Assembly (NCBI GenBank): GCA_964016885.1
Contig: OZ024763.1
Coordinates: forward strand, 496,001-560,000
DNA: 64,000 bases
Reading direction: 5' to 3'
DNA from: Eledone cirrhosa
Lineage: Eukaryota
This document shows positions 40,321 to 54,117 of this stretch, one piece after another; within the stretch, counting starts at the first letter, position 1, and each line of letters starts with the position of its first letter. Under the pieces are notes generated by a model. It saw only the letters and a program-made list of their open reading frames with translations. It was not told where the DNA came from and searched no databases. The position numbers were made by a program, and so were the translations under genes.

Positions 40321-43242
40321 CACCAGCAGTAATAGCAGCTATGGAAGACCATCAGCACCATCAACATCAGCAGCATCAGTAATGCCTAACACACACTAAA
40401 CATATCTTTCCATAAACTGCTGTTGTTGTGTGTTACTGTCATTACTGCTGTTGGTGGTGCTGTTGGTCTTCCATAGCTGCTGTTGATGGTGATGATGCTG
40501 CTGACGTCTTCCATAGCTGCTGCTGTTGATGACGGTGGTGCTGATGTCTTCAATAAACTGATGCTGCTGCTGCTGTTGCTGTTTCGTTTTTACTCTCTCT
40601 GTCTGTGTGTGTCTGTCTCTCTCTTTCTGTGTAGTGTGTGTTGTGTTTCTGTCTGTCTTTCTGCGTGTGTGTTGTGTATGTGTGTGTGTCTAATGTTTCT
40701 GTGTGACTGCCTCTGTCTCTCTCCCTCTGTCTTTGTGTGTGTGTGTATGGTGTGTGTGTCTGTGTGTGTGTAACATCATCATCATCGTGTTTATGTCCGT
40801 TTTCCCATGCTTGCATGGGCTGGACAGGTCTTTTTCAGGACCTAGCATCTTCTTGGGAGAGAGAGAGTTGAAGAAGAAGAAGGAATGGGGTTTGTGTGTA
40901 AGAGAGATATATATTCAGAGAAAGACAGGTATATAGAAGTAGAGATGGAGGTGATGGATATGTAGAGACGAAGAGAGATAGAGAGGGAGAGAGCGATATA
41001 GAGGGGGGAAAGAGAGAGAGATATTGATATAGAGGGGGGAAGAGAGATAGGGAGAGGAGTTAGGGTACATATGTAGAGAGAAAGAGAGAGATGGAGTGAT
41101 GTAGAGGAGGAGGGGGAAGAGGATATGATTAGATAGATAGGTAGATGTATGAGAGGGCCAGGTAGAGGAGAGAGAGAGGAAATTGGAGAGTGTAGGGTAG
41201 AGAGAAAGTGTTTCTAGAGAAGAGAGAGAAGGAATGACTAGGAGGAAGAGAGAGAGAGAGAGAGAGAGTGATTACTATAAGAAGAGAGAGGGAGAGAGAG
41301 ATACTGTAGAGGTTGAGAGATACTATAAAGGAGAAAGTGCATGACTTTAGGGAGAAGAGAGTGAAAATGAATGAGTAACATGGAGGAGAGAAAGGGACTG
41401 AAGGAGAGAGAATAAATGGTTATAGGGGGACAAAGTTGAGAGAGGGAGAGGAGAATGGGAAAGAGAGAGAGAGAGAGAATGACTATATGGTTAAAGAGAG
41501 AGAGAGTGTGTGTGTGTGTGTGTGAATGAATACATGGTGAAATAGAGAGATAGTGTGAATGACTAAATAGGGAAAGAGAGAGGGAGATAGAGAGTGTAAG
41601 AGTATGAGAGAGATGGAGATAGAGAGTGAGAATATGTGAGAGATAGGGAAAGAGTAAGAGAGTGTTAGGGGAGAGGGTGTTATAGAAGATGGCGGAAGAT
41701 AAATGTCAGACTGGTGAAGGTGGTGGCGGCGATGGAAAGAAAGAGAGAGAGAGGGAGAAGGAACGAAACAGATACAGAGAGAGAGAGAAAGAAAGAAACT
41801 GAGACAGAGACAGGGAAAGAGAGAGAGTTGGTTATGATGGAAAAGGAGGAGGAGGGCGGGAGTTGGAAAGAAAAGAGATATTATGTCGGAAAGACAATTG
41901 AATATGGAAGTTGTGTGAAAGAATGACTGCTTACAGTTTTGTAAAGTGGGAGGGAAAAAAACATTTATGTCGGCAGGGAGAAGATGAGAGCTGGGAAGGG
42001 AAAGAAGAAGAGAGATTTTTCACTACATGGCGACTCTGTTGTTATATATTTAGTTTGTGTGATAAGAGGCGTTGTCTTCTCTTTAGCACGTCGTATCGTC
42101 GTATCATTGTATCGTCATCGCCAGTCATATTATATCGTCGTCGTCATCTCTGATGTTGTCGTCGTCGTCGTTATCGTCTGCTAGTTGGTTGTGGTGATGG
42201 TGGTGGTGGCGGCGGCAGTTGCCGTGGTGGTAATGGCGGTGATTATTGTTGTGGTGGTGGTGGTGATGGCGGTGGTGGTGACGGTGTTGATGGTGATACC
42301 AGCGGTGGTGGTTGTGGTGATGATGGCGGTGGTTGTTATAGTGATGATGATGATGGTGGTGGTATTGATGTTGATGATGTTGGTGGTGGCGGTGTTGATG
42401 GTGATACCGGCGGTGGTGGTTGTGGTGATGATGGCGGTGATGGCGGTGGTTGTTATAGTGATGATGATGATGGTGGTGGTATTGATGTTGATGGTGATGA
42501 TGTTGGTGGCGGCGGTGTTGATGGTGATACCGGCGGTGGTGGTTGTGGTGGTGATGGCGGTGGTTGTTATAGTGATGATGGTGGTGGTATTGATGTTGAT
42601 TGTGATGATGTTGGTGGTGGCGGTGTTGATGGTGGTGGTGGTGGTGGCAGTGTTGATGGTGGTGGTGGTGGTGGTGACAGTGGGGTTGGTGATGTCATCG
42701 TCTGCTAGTTGGTAATGGTTATGGAAGTGGTGGTGGTGGCGACGATGTTTTTTTATGTAGTTGCTGTGTAGGTTCCACGGTGATCTGATAACCATGACAG
42801 TGTGTAGTTTGCTGCCACCACCACCACCACCATCCCCATATCTACCAACCCCACCACCAATGCCATGACCAGAGGTACTATTATACCCACCACCACTACC
42901 ACCATATCTACCAACCCCACCACCACATCTACCAACTCCACCACCCCCATATCTACCAACTCCACCACCACTGCCATGACCAGGAGTACTATTATACCCA
43001 CCACCACTACCACCATATCTACCAACCCCACCACCACATCTACCAACTCCACCACCCCCATATCTACCAACTCCACCACCAATGCCATGACCAGGAGTAC
43101 TATTATACCCACCACCACCACCACTACCATATCTACCAACTCCACCGCAATCATTATCTCCACCACCACCATCATAATGTTACTCCCATTTCCTCTCTAG
43201 TATTTTATTGAGCAGCTAACACTGATGATGTTACTGATGATC

Positions 43243-44310
43243 GACTGGGGTGAAGTATAGGGGTAGATGTGACTGGGGTGGTATATAGAGGTAGATGTGA
43301 CTGGGGTGAAGTATAGGGGTAGATGTGACTGGGGTGGTATATAGAGGTAGATGTGACTGGGGTGAAGTATAGGGGTAGATGTGACTGGGGTGGTATATAG
43401 GGGTAGATGTGACTGGGGTGGTATATAGAGGTAGATGTGTGACTTGGGAGTGTGTCTAGGGGTTTGGGGACAAATATTGGGTGAGGTGTGACCTGGGGTG
43501 GAATATATTTGGGAGCTGTGGCTGGTGTGTGTGTGTAACTCAGGAAGTTGTGACAAAGTGGATATAGTGGGCAGGTGTGACTGATTGGTGTGACATGGGT
43601 TTGGATGTGGTTACAATGTGAGATATGAAGATATTTGTGGTTGTGACAGAAATATAGGGTGTGTGGGGGGATGCGTTACTGGGGTGTATCTAGGGATGTT
43701 GTGACATAGTGGATAAAGATAGTGGTCAGGTGTGACATAAGTTTTGATGTGGTTACAGGGTGACATATGAAGATATATGTGGTTGTGACAAAAGTGCAGG
43801 ATGTGTTACTCGGGTGTATCTAGAGAAGTTTTGACACAGTGGATAGATATAATGGGCAGATGACATAAGTTTCAGTGTGGTTGTGACATTGGTAGAGAGA
43901 GGGAGAGGTGTGAGGTATGCGACATTGGTAGATAGAGGAGAGGTAGAGAAGGGGAGGTGTGAGGTATGTGACATTGGTAGATAGAGGAGGAGGGGTAGAG
44001 AAGGGGAGGTGTGAGGTATGCGACATTGGTAGATAGAGGGGAGGAGAGGTAGAGAAGGGGAGGTATGAGGTATGTGACATTGGTAGATAGAGGGGGAGGA
44101 GGAGTAGTGAAGGGGAGGTGTGAGATATGTGACATTGGTGGGGAGGTGTGAGGTATGTGACATTGGTAGATAGAGGGGGAGAGAAGGGGAGGTGTGAGGT
44201 ATGCGACATTGGTAGATAGAGGGGAGGTGTGAGGTGTGACATTGGTAGATAGAAGGGAGGAGGGGTAGAGAAGGGGAGGTGTGAGGTATGTGACATTGGT
44301 AGAGAGGAAG
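43243..44310. repeat. GTGAC-containing minisatellites
   Basis: 28-bp GGTAGATGTGACTGGGGTG.. units (43243-43440) and GAGGTGTGAGGTATGTGACATTGGTAGATAGA units (43880-44310). Confidence 0.85.
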
Positions 44311-44690
44311 AGGTGTAGAGTGTGTGAGTGTGTTTGAGGAATGACGAATGTGTAACACAGGAAAAGCTGATAGGTGATAAAAAGCGTGCGTGATGTGACT
44401 TGAATATATAAACGGTGGTGGTGGTGGTAGGGGACTTGGGATGGGGGAGAAGGGGGGGGGTGGGGGGGGGGGGGGGCGTGTGTGTATACACAGGTGGTGG
44501 TGGTGGTGGTGATGGAGCTGATGGAGCTGAGGAGGAGGAGAAAATTATAGACAAGGTGTATGAAATAGTATAGATAGGATAGGAAATAGATAGAGAGGTA
44601 GGTACGTGTATAGATAGATAGATAAATTTCGAGGTGGTTTGATGTGTAGATAGACAGATAGATAGATAGATAGATAGATTGATAGCATAT

Positions 44691-44720
<30 letters not shown>

Positions 44721-44721
<1 letters not shown>

Positions 44722-44882
44722 TAATAATAATAAATTTGAAGACTAAAATCCAAAGAGGGCTCGATAAGGATAAATATATATCAAATATATAAGAACCGTA
44801 GAGCAAATATTTATTAAAATATTTATTTGTTTCAGAAGATCCCGTTAAGGGTGAAAGCAGCGATTCTTTGCTTAAACTTTAA
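44721..44882. mobile_element. inverted tail plus hammerhead (+ 44829-44877, core CAGAAGA)
   Basis: GTTT-CAGAAGA-TCCC-GTTAA-GGGT-GAAA-GCA-GCGATTCTT-TGC-TT-AAAC. 44721-44820 matches the reverse complement of 32046-32146. Confidence 0.7.
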
Positions 44883-45259
44883 TATATATATATATGGATA
44901 GACAGAGACAGTGTGTGAGGTAGGGAGATAGATTTTGTATGTGTGTGTATGTGAGGGTAAGAGACATAGAGAGAGAGAGAGCAAGAGCTAAAGAGAGAGG
45001 GAGGGAGAGAGAGAGCTAAAGAAATAGATAAGAGAGAGAGAAAGAGATAGACGAGAGAGAGATATATAAAGGTGGTAGAAAAGAAAGGAGAGAGAGACAA
45101 AACAAGATCTAAAGTGATAAACGAGAGAGAGAGAGAGAGAGCAAGAGGTAGAGATATGTAGAGAGAGAGAGAGTCTGCTGAAGGAGATAGAAAAGAATGA
45201 GAGAGAGAGAGAGAGAGAGAGAGCTGAAAGGGATAGAAAGAGCGAGGAAGAGAGAGAGC

Positions 45260-45292
45260 TCTAAAGAGACATGAGAGCGAGCTAGAGATATG

Positions 45293-45331
<39 letters not shown>

Positions 45332-45369
45332 CTGAAGAGACAGATGAGAGAGAGCAAGAGCTAGATATG

Positions 45370-45406
<37 letters not shown>

Positions 45407-45442
45407 AGCTGAAGAGACAGATGAGAGAGAGCAAGAGCTAGA

Positions 45443-45481
<39 letters not shown>

Positions 45482-45521
45482 AGAGAGCTGAAGAGACAGA
45501 CGAGAGAGAGCAAGAGCTAGA

Positions 45522-45560
<39 letters not shown>

Positions 45561-45733
45561 AGCTGAAGAGACAGATGAGAGAGAGAGAGAGAGCTAGATA
45601 TGTGTATGTGTGTGTAGAGAGAGAGAGAGAGCTGAAGAGACAGATGAGAGAGAGCAAGAGCTAGATATGTGTGTGTGTGGAGAGAGAGAGAGCTGAAGAG
45701 ATAGATGAGAGAGAGCAAGAGCTAGATATGTGT

Positions 45734-45781
<48 letters not shown>

Positions 45782-45815
45782 GAAGAGACAGATGAGAGAG
45801 AGCAAGAGCTAGATA

Positions 45816-45888
<73 letters not shown>

Positions 45889-45964
45889 CTAGATATGTGT
45901 ATGTGTGTAGAGAGAGAGAGAGAGAGAGCTGAAGAGACAGATGAGAGAGAGCAAGAGCTAGATA

Positions 45965-45995
<31 letters not shown>

Positions 45996-46031
45996 CTGAA
46001 GAGACAGATGAGAGAGAGCAAGAGCTAGATA

Positions 46032-46090
<59 letters not shown>
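45260..46090. repeat. compound minisatellite with variable (GT)n/(GA)n
   Basis: GCTGAAGAGACAGATGAGAGAGAGCAAGAGCTAGATATGTG units. Confidence 0.9.
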
Positions 46091-46093
<3 letters not shown>

Positions 46094-46304
46094 CTAGGAG
46101 GAGGAGAAGGGTAAAAATCAATGAGGTTGAATATTTGGTGATTAGCGGCAGTGTAAAGATCCAACTTGAACGTTTTTGTATTGGTGTATTTTGTAGTTAT
46201 TAACAATGTTCGGTTTGGTGAAAAGCAGCAGATACAACTGTGATGGAGATCAATAGAGAGAGAGAGTGAGAGAGAGAGAGAGAGTTGATGGGTTAGCAAC
46301 TATC

Positions 46305-46720
46305 ACTGAACACATATTGATGGGGGGGGGGGTGACTGAACATAGTGGTGGCGGTGGCGGGGGGAGGGGAGGGGGGGGTTGACTGAACGTATTGGTGGTG
46401 GTGGGAGGGAGGATAGGTTTGACTGAATGTATTGATGGTGGGGGGGGTTTGACTGAACGTATTGATGGGGGGGGGGTTGACGTTGACTGAACGTATTGAT
46501 GGTGGTGGGGGGTAGGTTTGACTGAACGTATTGATGGTGGTGGGGGTGGTAGGTTTGACTGAACGTATTGATGGTGGTGGGGGTGGTAGGTTTGACTGAA
46601 CGTATTGATGGTGGTGGGGGTGGTAGGTTTGACTGAACGTATTGATGGTGGGGGGGGCTGAACATAGTGGTGTTGGTGGTGGGGGTAGGTTTGACTGAAC
46701 ATATTGATGGCGGCGGTGGT
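46305..46720. repeat. ~37-bp minisatellite
   Basis: TTTGACTGAACGTATTGATGGTGGTGGGGGTGGTAGG units. Confidence 0.85.
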
Positions 46721-46988
46721 GGAAGGGCCTGGTTGTGGTGGCGGAGGAGGTGGATAGCTTTAACTGAACACATGGTGGTGATGGTGGAAACTTGGTTGTG
46801 GGGCTTGGTGGTAGCGGTGGTGGAGTTGGTTTGGAGAGGTAACTTTAACTGAACATATGGTGGTGGTGGTGGGGGATAGCTTTCACTAAACACATTGTGG
46901 CAGTGATACACACACACACACTTTACACTGTCATACACATTTTCTTCCTTTCTTTCTTGTGTGTCTCTCTCTCTCTCTCTCTCTCTCA

Positions 46989-47029
<41 letters not shown>

Positions 47030-47240
47030 ACACTCTCTCTCTCTCTCTCTCACTCTCACTCTCACCCACACACTCTCTCTCTCACTCTCACTCTCACCCA
47101 CACACTCTCTCTGTTTCTCTCTCTCTCACTCTCTCTCTCACTCACTCTCTCTCTCTCTCACTCTCTCTCACCCACACACACTCTCTCTCTATATTCTGCC
47201 TCGCTCACTCAATCTCTCTCTCTCTATCTATCTATCTATC

Positions 47241-47286
47241 TTGTATTGTCCCCTTTCTTGTTGCGCCCTTGTGGCTAATAAAGAAA
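47241..47286 (+). mobile_element. extreme 3' end of Tx1/L1-like LINE in (TATC)n
   Basis: GCCCTTGTGGCTAATAAAGAAA matches 60110-60154. TATC repeats lie on both sides. Confidence 0.65.
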
Positions 47287-47414
47287 TCTATCTATCTATC
47301 TCTCTCTCTCTCTATATATATATATATACCATATACAATCTGTCTTACTCTTGCTAGCATGGAGAGTGGGACATTAAACAATGATGATGATGATGATGGT
47401 GATTGTGGTGGTGG

Positions 47415-47445
<31 letters not shown>

Positions 47446-47786
47446 GGTTGTGATTGTGGTGGTGATTGTGGTGGTGGTGGTTGTGATTGTGGTGGTGTTG
47501 ATGGCGATGGTGTTGGTGGTTATGATGATGATAAGCATGGGTTTACGGGAGTTGTCCCACTTGAGGCAAGATTGGTCGGGTGACCGTGTCTCGCTCGTAT
47601 AGGACTGTCTGGCAGGTTTTCTACGGTTGGATGCCCTTCCTAACACCAACCAGGTTTACAGTGTGGACTGGGAGGTTTTTACCGTGTTACCTACACGGCC
47701 ACATTACAGCGTGGACTGTGTGTGTGTTTTTTTTTTGTCGTGACACCTACACGACCTCATTTATTTAGAACTGGATGTTGTGGTAC

Positions 47787-47864
<78 letters not shown>

Positions 47865-47877
<13 letters not shown>

Positions 47878-48739
47878 TGAGGATGTCTGTCTGTGTGTGA
47901 GTTTAAATTCCTTAAAACTTGTGAACCACCCAACCGACTGTTTTCAAACTTTACACATATAATACTTATGTTTCAGGGAGTGTTCTAAGCAAAAAAAATT
48001 TCAAATGTTCAATGCCCTAGGGACCGCATTGGGCGATTTAGCGATCTCTTCCTATAATTCTTAGTCTTTCTCTTTTTAGATAAATACATACATATAACGT
48101 CGCACCCTTATAATATCTGGCTGTCTGCATTACGTCACTTCCCTGAGGATGTGTGTGTGTGTCTGTGAGTTTGAATCCCTGAAACTCGAGAAGTACCCAA
48201 CCGACTTTTTTCAAACTTTACATGTGTATTACTTATGTTTCAACTTTTTGATCCCCTAGGGCCCGCATTAGTTGAAAAACTGCGTTTTTTCAGTGTTTTA
48301 GGGATTTTTTTAGTCGTTACGTCAGACTGATTTCCTTGAAATTGTAACTATGTATTAGTCAGTCTCTTCTTCATACCGTGAGCAAAGAAAATACAACTTT
48401 TTTTATGGCCTAAGGCCCGCATTAAGCGAAAAACTTCAATTTTTAGCTTTTTATGGCTTTTTTTGAGGCATTACGTTTAGCCGATTTTCCCAAAATTTCA
48501 AGGCATATTATGCACATAAAAAAAAATTCATTTTCTTGATCCCCTAAGGCCCGCATTAGGTGAAAACCTGCATTTTTCCTGCTTCATCGAGGAAAATCTT
48601 AAAGATTATCCAGCCATCAGAGTATTCGGTTTATTTTTTTTACATATTGTCCACGCATGCAGTTTTTCCACGATTAGGTCTGTTGACGGCCCGCGTTCCA
48701 AAATACCTTATCCCGTGCAACGCCGGGTACCACTGCTAG
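47865..48739 (+). mobile_element. non-autonomous Helitron
   Basis: Starts (TA)nTAAAACTGAGGATGTCTGTCTG and ends CCCGTGCAACGCCGGG hairpin + TACCACTG-CTAG|T. It has an internal duplicate of its 5' segment and repeated TAGGGCCCGCATTA motifs. Confidence 0.75.
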
Positions 48740-48806
48740 TATATATATATGACCAATACTGGAATTGAATAATCAAAACCGTAGCGGTATGTCACATATC
48801 AAATCA

Positions 48807-48873
48807 TATATTTTGTCTGATGAAGACGTACTTAAACACCATTATACCTTTGAAATATGTATAATAAAATATG
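48807..48873 (+). ncRNA. type I hammerhead motif (decayed stem II)
   Basis: TATATTTTGT-CTGATGA...GAAAT-ATGT-ATA-ATAAAATATG. Paralogue of 3843. Confidence 0.7.
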
Positions 48874-48926
48874 TATTTTGATTATGAGAATATTTTTCAT
48901 TTATTAAAATTTTGAATAATATTATA

Positions 48927-48984
<58 letters not shown>

Positions 48985-48985
<1 letters not shown>

Positions 48986-49105
48986 AATCTTAGACAGGAA
49001 CAAAAACAGAGAGGCAGTACAAATATGAGTTTATTAGGTTCACGCTTTTAATAGTGGGGGGGGGGGGGGGGGCGTTTCGGGCATAAGCCCTTCATCAGGA
49101 GAAAA
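48985..49105 (-). mobile_element. hammerhead-core element remnant
   Basis: Minus strand: CTGATGA-A-GGGC-TTAT-GCCC-GAAAC. Paralogue of 11240-11368. Confidence 0.65.
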
Positions 49106-49194
49106 GTGGGGGAATGGTGGAAAGACATTAAAAAAAGTGGGGGGGGGGGGAGAAAAGGGAGGAAAAACGATTTTAGAAGTACAAATAAAAATAA

Positions 49195-49351
49195 TAGAAC
49201 TTTCATTTGTGAGAAATCATCAGGAAGCTGATGATTTCTCATGAATGAAACAGTTCTAGTCCTGTAGAAACCTTTCTATATTAAATATTTATATTATGCT
49301 TTGTATTGAGTACCTTACTGTAGTTACACTCGATTGAACCCGGGATAAACT
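49195..49351 (+). mobile_element. head-to-head hammerhead cores plus 3' tail
   Basis: TTTCATTTGTGAGAAATCATCAG-GAAG-CTGATGATTTCTCATGAATGAAA-CAG-TTCTAGTC-CTG-TA-GAAA. Same family as 22711. Confidence 0.8.
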
Positions 49352-49795
49352 TATATCTATATTTATATTTCGTTTTCTTCTATTTTAGTTTATTATATAT
49401 TTATATATATTTATTTCTATTTAGTTTTCTTTCCTATCCTATCGTATTTTATATTTATTGTATATATTTATATTTAGTTTCCTTCTTCATTCTTCTCCTA
49501 TTTTATTTTATATTATATATTTACATTTATTACCTTTATGTAAATTTCTATATATTTATATTTAGCTTTATTCTACTTGCTCTTTGTGCAACATTTGTTA
49601 TCGACTCTCAATGGCTATTGTCGTACAAGATGGCAGCCTTTTATTACAAGATTTGTCGACCAAAGCCAATGGCGGATTTAATTTACTTTTAAGATTTTTG
49701 ACAAATCGGAGAATTAATTCTGTGAAAAAAGGATTTTAACTTAATTAGATAAATAAATAAAATGTGCAATCGATAAACAATGATGATAAAGATAA

Positions 49796-49887
<92 letters not shown>

Positions 49888-50052
49888 ATATCAATAATAA
49901 TAATGGTAATAGTCGTAGTAAAAATAATAGTAGTAATAGTAGTAGTAGTGGTGGTGGTAGTAAAAATAATGGTAATAGTAGTAGTAGTGGTGGTGGTGGT
50001 TGTGGTATTAGTGGTAGTGGTAGTAGTAGTAGTAATAGTAATGGTAGTAAAA

Positions 50053-50242
50053 ATAATTGTTTCTACTTTTGGCACAAGGCCAGCAATTACTCAGTGCATT
50101 ACTGGTACTTTATTTTATCGACCCCCGTAAGGATGAAAGGCAAAGTTGACCTCGGCGGGATTTGAACTCAGAATGGCAAGGGCCGTAACTCTATGCGTCA
50201 AAGCATGGCGTCCGACCCTCTACCGATACTGCCAATCCACTG
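50053..50242 (-). mobile_element. SINE family B, full length
   Basis: Reverse complement of 21223-21418. A more diverged fragment is at 50411-50540. Confidence 0.9.
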
Positions 50243-50943
50243 TCAGTAAAAATAATAGTAGTAGTAGTAGGAATATAATTTCTTTATTAGCCACAAAGGG
50301 CTTACATTAAGACGACAATAAAGACAGTACGAGCTGGTACAGTCAGGGAGAGGGTCTTGTATCTAAAATAAATTTTATAAGTTAAAAAAAATAAACATTT
50401 GATAACAGTGGTTTCTACTTTAGGCACACGGACAGCAATTTGGGGGAGGGGAAAGTAGATTAAATTGATCCCAGTGTATTACTGGTACTGTGTTTTATCC
50501 ACCCCATAAGGATGAAAGTTGACCTCTGTGGGGTTTGAACATATTAATAATAGTGGTGGTGGTAGTAGTAGTAGTAGTAGCAGTAGTAGCTGTAACAACA
50601 GTAGTAGTAGTAATACAAAGGAAGAAAGAGAGAAGGTACAGTGTGTGAGTGGTGGTGTAGTGTAGTGTGGTGGTGTAGTGTAGTGCGTTGTAGTAGTGGT
50701 GGTGGTGTAGTGTAGTGTCTTCCATTCTCCTGTATTGTTGTCTAGTTTGGCAATAGTTATATAAATAGATTGAATAAATACAAGAGTTATTTATGTTGAC
50801 AGTATAATAGGAGGACATTATTGGTGGTGGGGTGTAGTGGTGGGGGTGGAGTGGTGAGGGTAGAGTTCATAATATGGTTAGGGTGTATTATGTAGAGAGT
50901 GGTGGGGTGTTGTGGTGGTGTAGTGTAGTATGCTGTGGTGTGG

Positions 50944-51919
50944 TGTAGTGTAGCATGGTGTAGTATGGTACGGTGTAGTACGTGGTATGGTGTAGTGTAC
51001 TAATGGCAGCAGTAGTTAGATCAATGTGTAGTGTAGTGTAGCATGGTGTAGTATGGTATGGTGTAGTACGTGGTATGGTGTAGTGTACTAATGGCAGCAG
51101 TAGTTAGATCAATGTGTAGTGTAGTGTAGCATGGTGTAGTATGGTACGGTGTAGTACGTGGTATGGTGTAGTGTACTAATGGCAGCAGTAGTTAGATCAA
51201 TGTGTAGTGTAGTGTAGCATGGTGTAGTATGGTACGGTGTAGTACGTGGTATGGTGTAGTGTACTAATGGCAGCAGTAGTAGTTAGATCAATGTGTAGTG
51301 TAGTGTAGCATGGTGTAGTATGGTACGGTGTAGTACGTGGTATGGTGTAGTGTACTAATGGCAGCAGTAGTTAGATCAATGTGTAGTGTAGTGTAGCATG
51401 GTGTAGTATGGTACGGTGTAGTACGTGGTATGGTGTAGTGTACTAATGGCAGCAGTAGTAGTTAGATCAATGTGTAGTGTAGTGTAGCATGGTGTAGTAT
51501 GGTACGGTGTAGTACGTGGTATGGTGTAGTGTACTAATGGCAGCAGTAGTAGTTAGATCAATGTGTAGTGTAGTGTAGCATGGTGTAGTATGGTACGGTG
51601 TAGTACGTGGTATGGTGTAGTGTACTAATGGCAGCAGTAGTTAGATCAATGTGTAGTGTAGTGTAGCATGGTGTAGTATGGTACGGTGTAGTACGTGGTA
51701 TGGTGTAGTGTACTAATGGCAGCAGTAGTAGTTAGATCAATGTGTAGTGTAGTGTAGCATGGTGTAGTATGGTACGGTGTAGTATGTGGTATGGTGTAGT
51801 GTACTAATGGCAGTAGTAGTTAGATCAATGTGTAGTGTAGTGTAGCATGGTGTAGTATGGTACGGTGTAGTATGGTACGGTGTAGTGTAGTAATGGCAGC
51901 AGTAGTAGTTAGATCAATG
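50944..51919. repeat. 88/91-bp tandem repeat, ~11 copies
   Basis: Unit includes TAATGGCAGCAGTAGTTAGATCAATG and TAGTG/TGGTG pentamers. Confidence 0.93.
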
Positions 51920-52955
51920 AAGGTAATCTCGGTACGAGGTGTTAAACCTTATCTTGCTTTGTTCTCAATTAAATCCTGAAACACAAATTTAGAATTTTAG
52001 TAAAAACAAAACAAAACAAAAAAAAACCAGAAAAATACAAAAACAAATAAAAAGAAGAAATAAATAACAAAGTGAAAAAAAAAAGATTTTCAAGATTTAA
52101 AATAATTGTTTTTTAATTTACATTTATCAATTTATTATTATTATTTGTAAAGCTTTACATACATATTGACATACACTCACAAATACATATACACACATAC
52201 ACTCACATATACATATACACACATACATACATATACACTCACATATACATATATACACATACACTCACATATATATACACACATACATACATATACCTAT
52301 ACACACATACGCACACATACATATATATATATACACACATACATATACACACATACATACATATACATATACACACATACACACATATACACACATACAC
52401 ACGCATATACATATACACACACACTCGCATATACATATACACACATACATACACACATACATACACACATAGACACATACGCATATATACACATATATAC
52501 TCACAGACATACGCAGACACATAGATACATCTACATACATACACACATACACACATACACATAAACGCACATACACATAAATGCACATACATACTCACAT
52601 AAACACATAGCCACACATACAAACACATAGCCACACATACAAACACATACACACATATACACACATGCATACATACATACATATACACACACATACACAC
52701 CCACACACATCAACACACATTATTATTTTTAATATTATCATCATCTTGAACTGAAGAATATAAAAAATAATAAAAAGATGAATGTGAAATAATATTTAAA
52801 TATTTATATGGTTTCAGAGTGTGTTTTTTTACTGTCAAAAACACACAAGAAATTCTGTAGAAGTTATATATGAGTGTAGTGAACTGTTTAAATATTGTGG
52901 TGTTGTTGTTGTTGGGTAAAAAATACTGAAAAGTAATGTTACTTGATAGAATGCA

Positions 52956-54117
52956 TAGCTCAAAGATCAGAGAGTCACTCCAGGTAGAGCTGCTACTTCT
53001 CCGATTTGAGAAATCACAGCTCTGATACTATGGACTGTGGTTAGAATGTCTCAGGAAAGAATCTCTGGAGTTACTCCAGGTAGCTCAGAGATCAGAGAGT
53101 CACTCCAGGTAGAGCTGCTACTTCTCTGAATTGAGAGATCATAGCTCTGATACTATGGACTGTGGTTAGAATGTCTCAGGAAAGAATCGCTGGACAGATT
53201 TGTAGCTCAGAGATCAGAGAGTCACTCCAGGTAGAGCTGCTACTTCTCTGAATTGAGAGATCACAGCTCTGATACTATGGACTGTGGTTAGAATGTCTCA
53301 GGAAAGAATCGCTGGACAGATTTGTAGCTCAGAGATCAGAGAGTCACTCCAGGTTGAGCTGCTACTTCTCTGAATTGAGAAATCACAGCTCTGATACTAT
53401 GGACATGTGGTTCGAATGTCTCAGGAAAGAATCGCTGGACAGATTTGTAGCTCAGAGACCAGAGAGTCACTCCAGGTAGAGCTGCTACTTCTCCGATTTG
53501 AGAAATCACAGCTCTGATACTATGGACATGTGGTTCGAATGTCTCAGGAAAGAATCTCTGGAGTTACTCCAGGTAGCTCAGAGATCAGAGAGTCACTCCA
53601 GGTAGAGCTGCTACTTCTCTGAATTGAGAGATCATAGCTCTGATACTATGGACTGTGGTTAGAATGTCTCAGGAAAGAATCGCTGGACAGATTTGTAGCT
53701 CAGAGATCAGAGAGTCACTCCAGGTAGAGCTGCTACTTCTCTGAATTGAGAGATCACAGCTCTGATACTATGGACTGTGGTTAGAATGTCTCAGGAAAGA
53801 ATCGCTGGACAGATTTGTAGCTCAGAGATCAGAGAGTCACTCCAGGTTGAGCTGCTACTTCTCTGAATTGAGAAATCACAGCTCTGATACTATGGGCATG
53901 TGGTTAGAATGTCTTAGGAAAGAATTACTGGAGTTACTCCAGGTAGCTCAGAGATCAGAGAGTCACTCCAGGTAGAGCTGCTACTTCTCTGAATTGAGAG
54001 ATCATAGCTCTGATACTATAGACATGTGGTTAGAATGTCTCAGGAAAGAATAACTGGAGTTGCTCCAGGTAGAGCCACTACTTCTCCGAATTGAGAGATC
54101 ACAGCTCCGATACTATG
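52956..54117 (+). repeat. ~122-bp tandem repeat derived from RTE LINE ORF2 (~9 copies)
   Basis: The consensus unit translates SSEIRESLQVELLLLRIERSQL*YYGHVVRMSQERIAGQI, which resembles the RTE C-terminal region. Confidence 0.85.

Noticed and set aside
41686-41835. AAGATGGCGG YY1/start-like motif and short ORF
   Set aside because: It is isolated in GA-rich low-complexity DNA with no other promoter or exon support.
45260-54117. CRISPR-like regular repeats
   Set aside because: The units are contiguous or separated only by microsatellites. There are no unique spacers or cas genes, and the context is eukaryotic.
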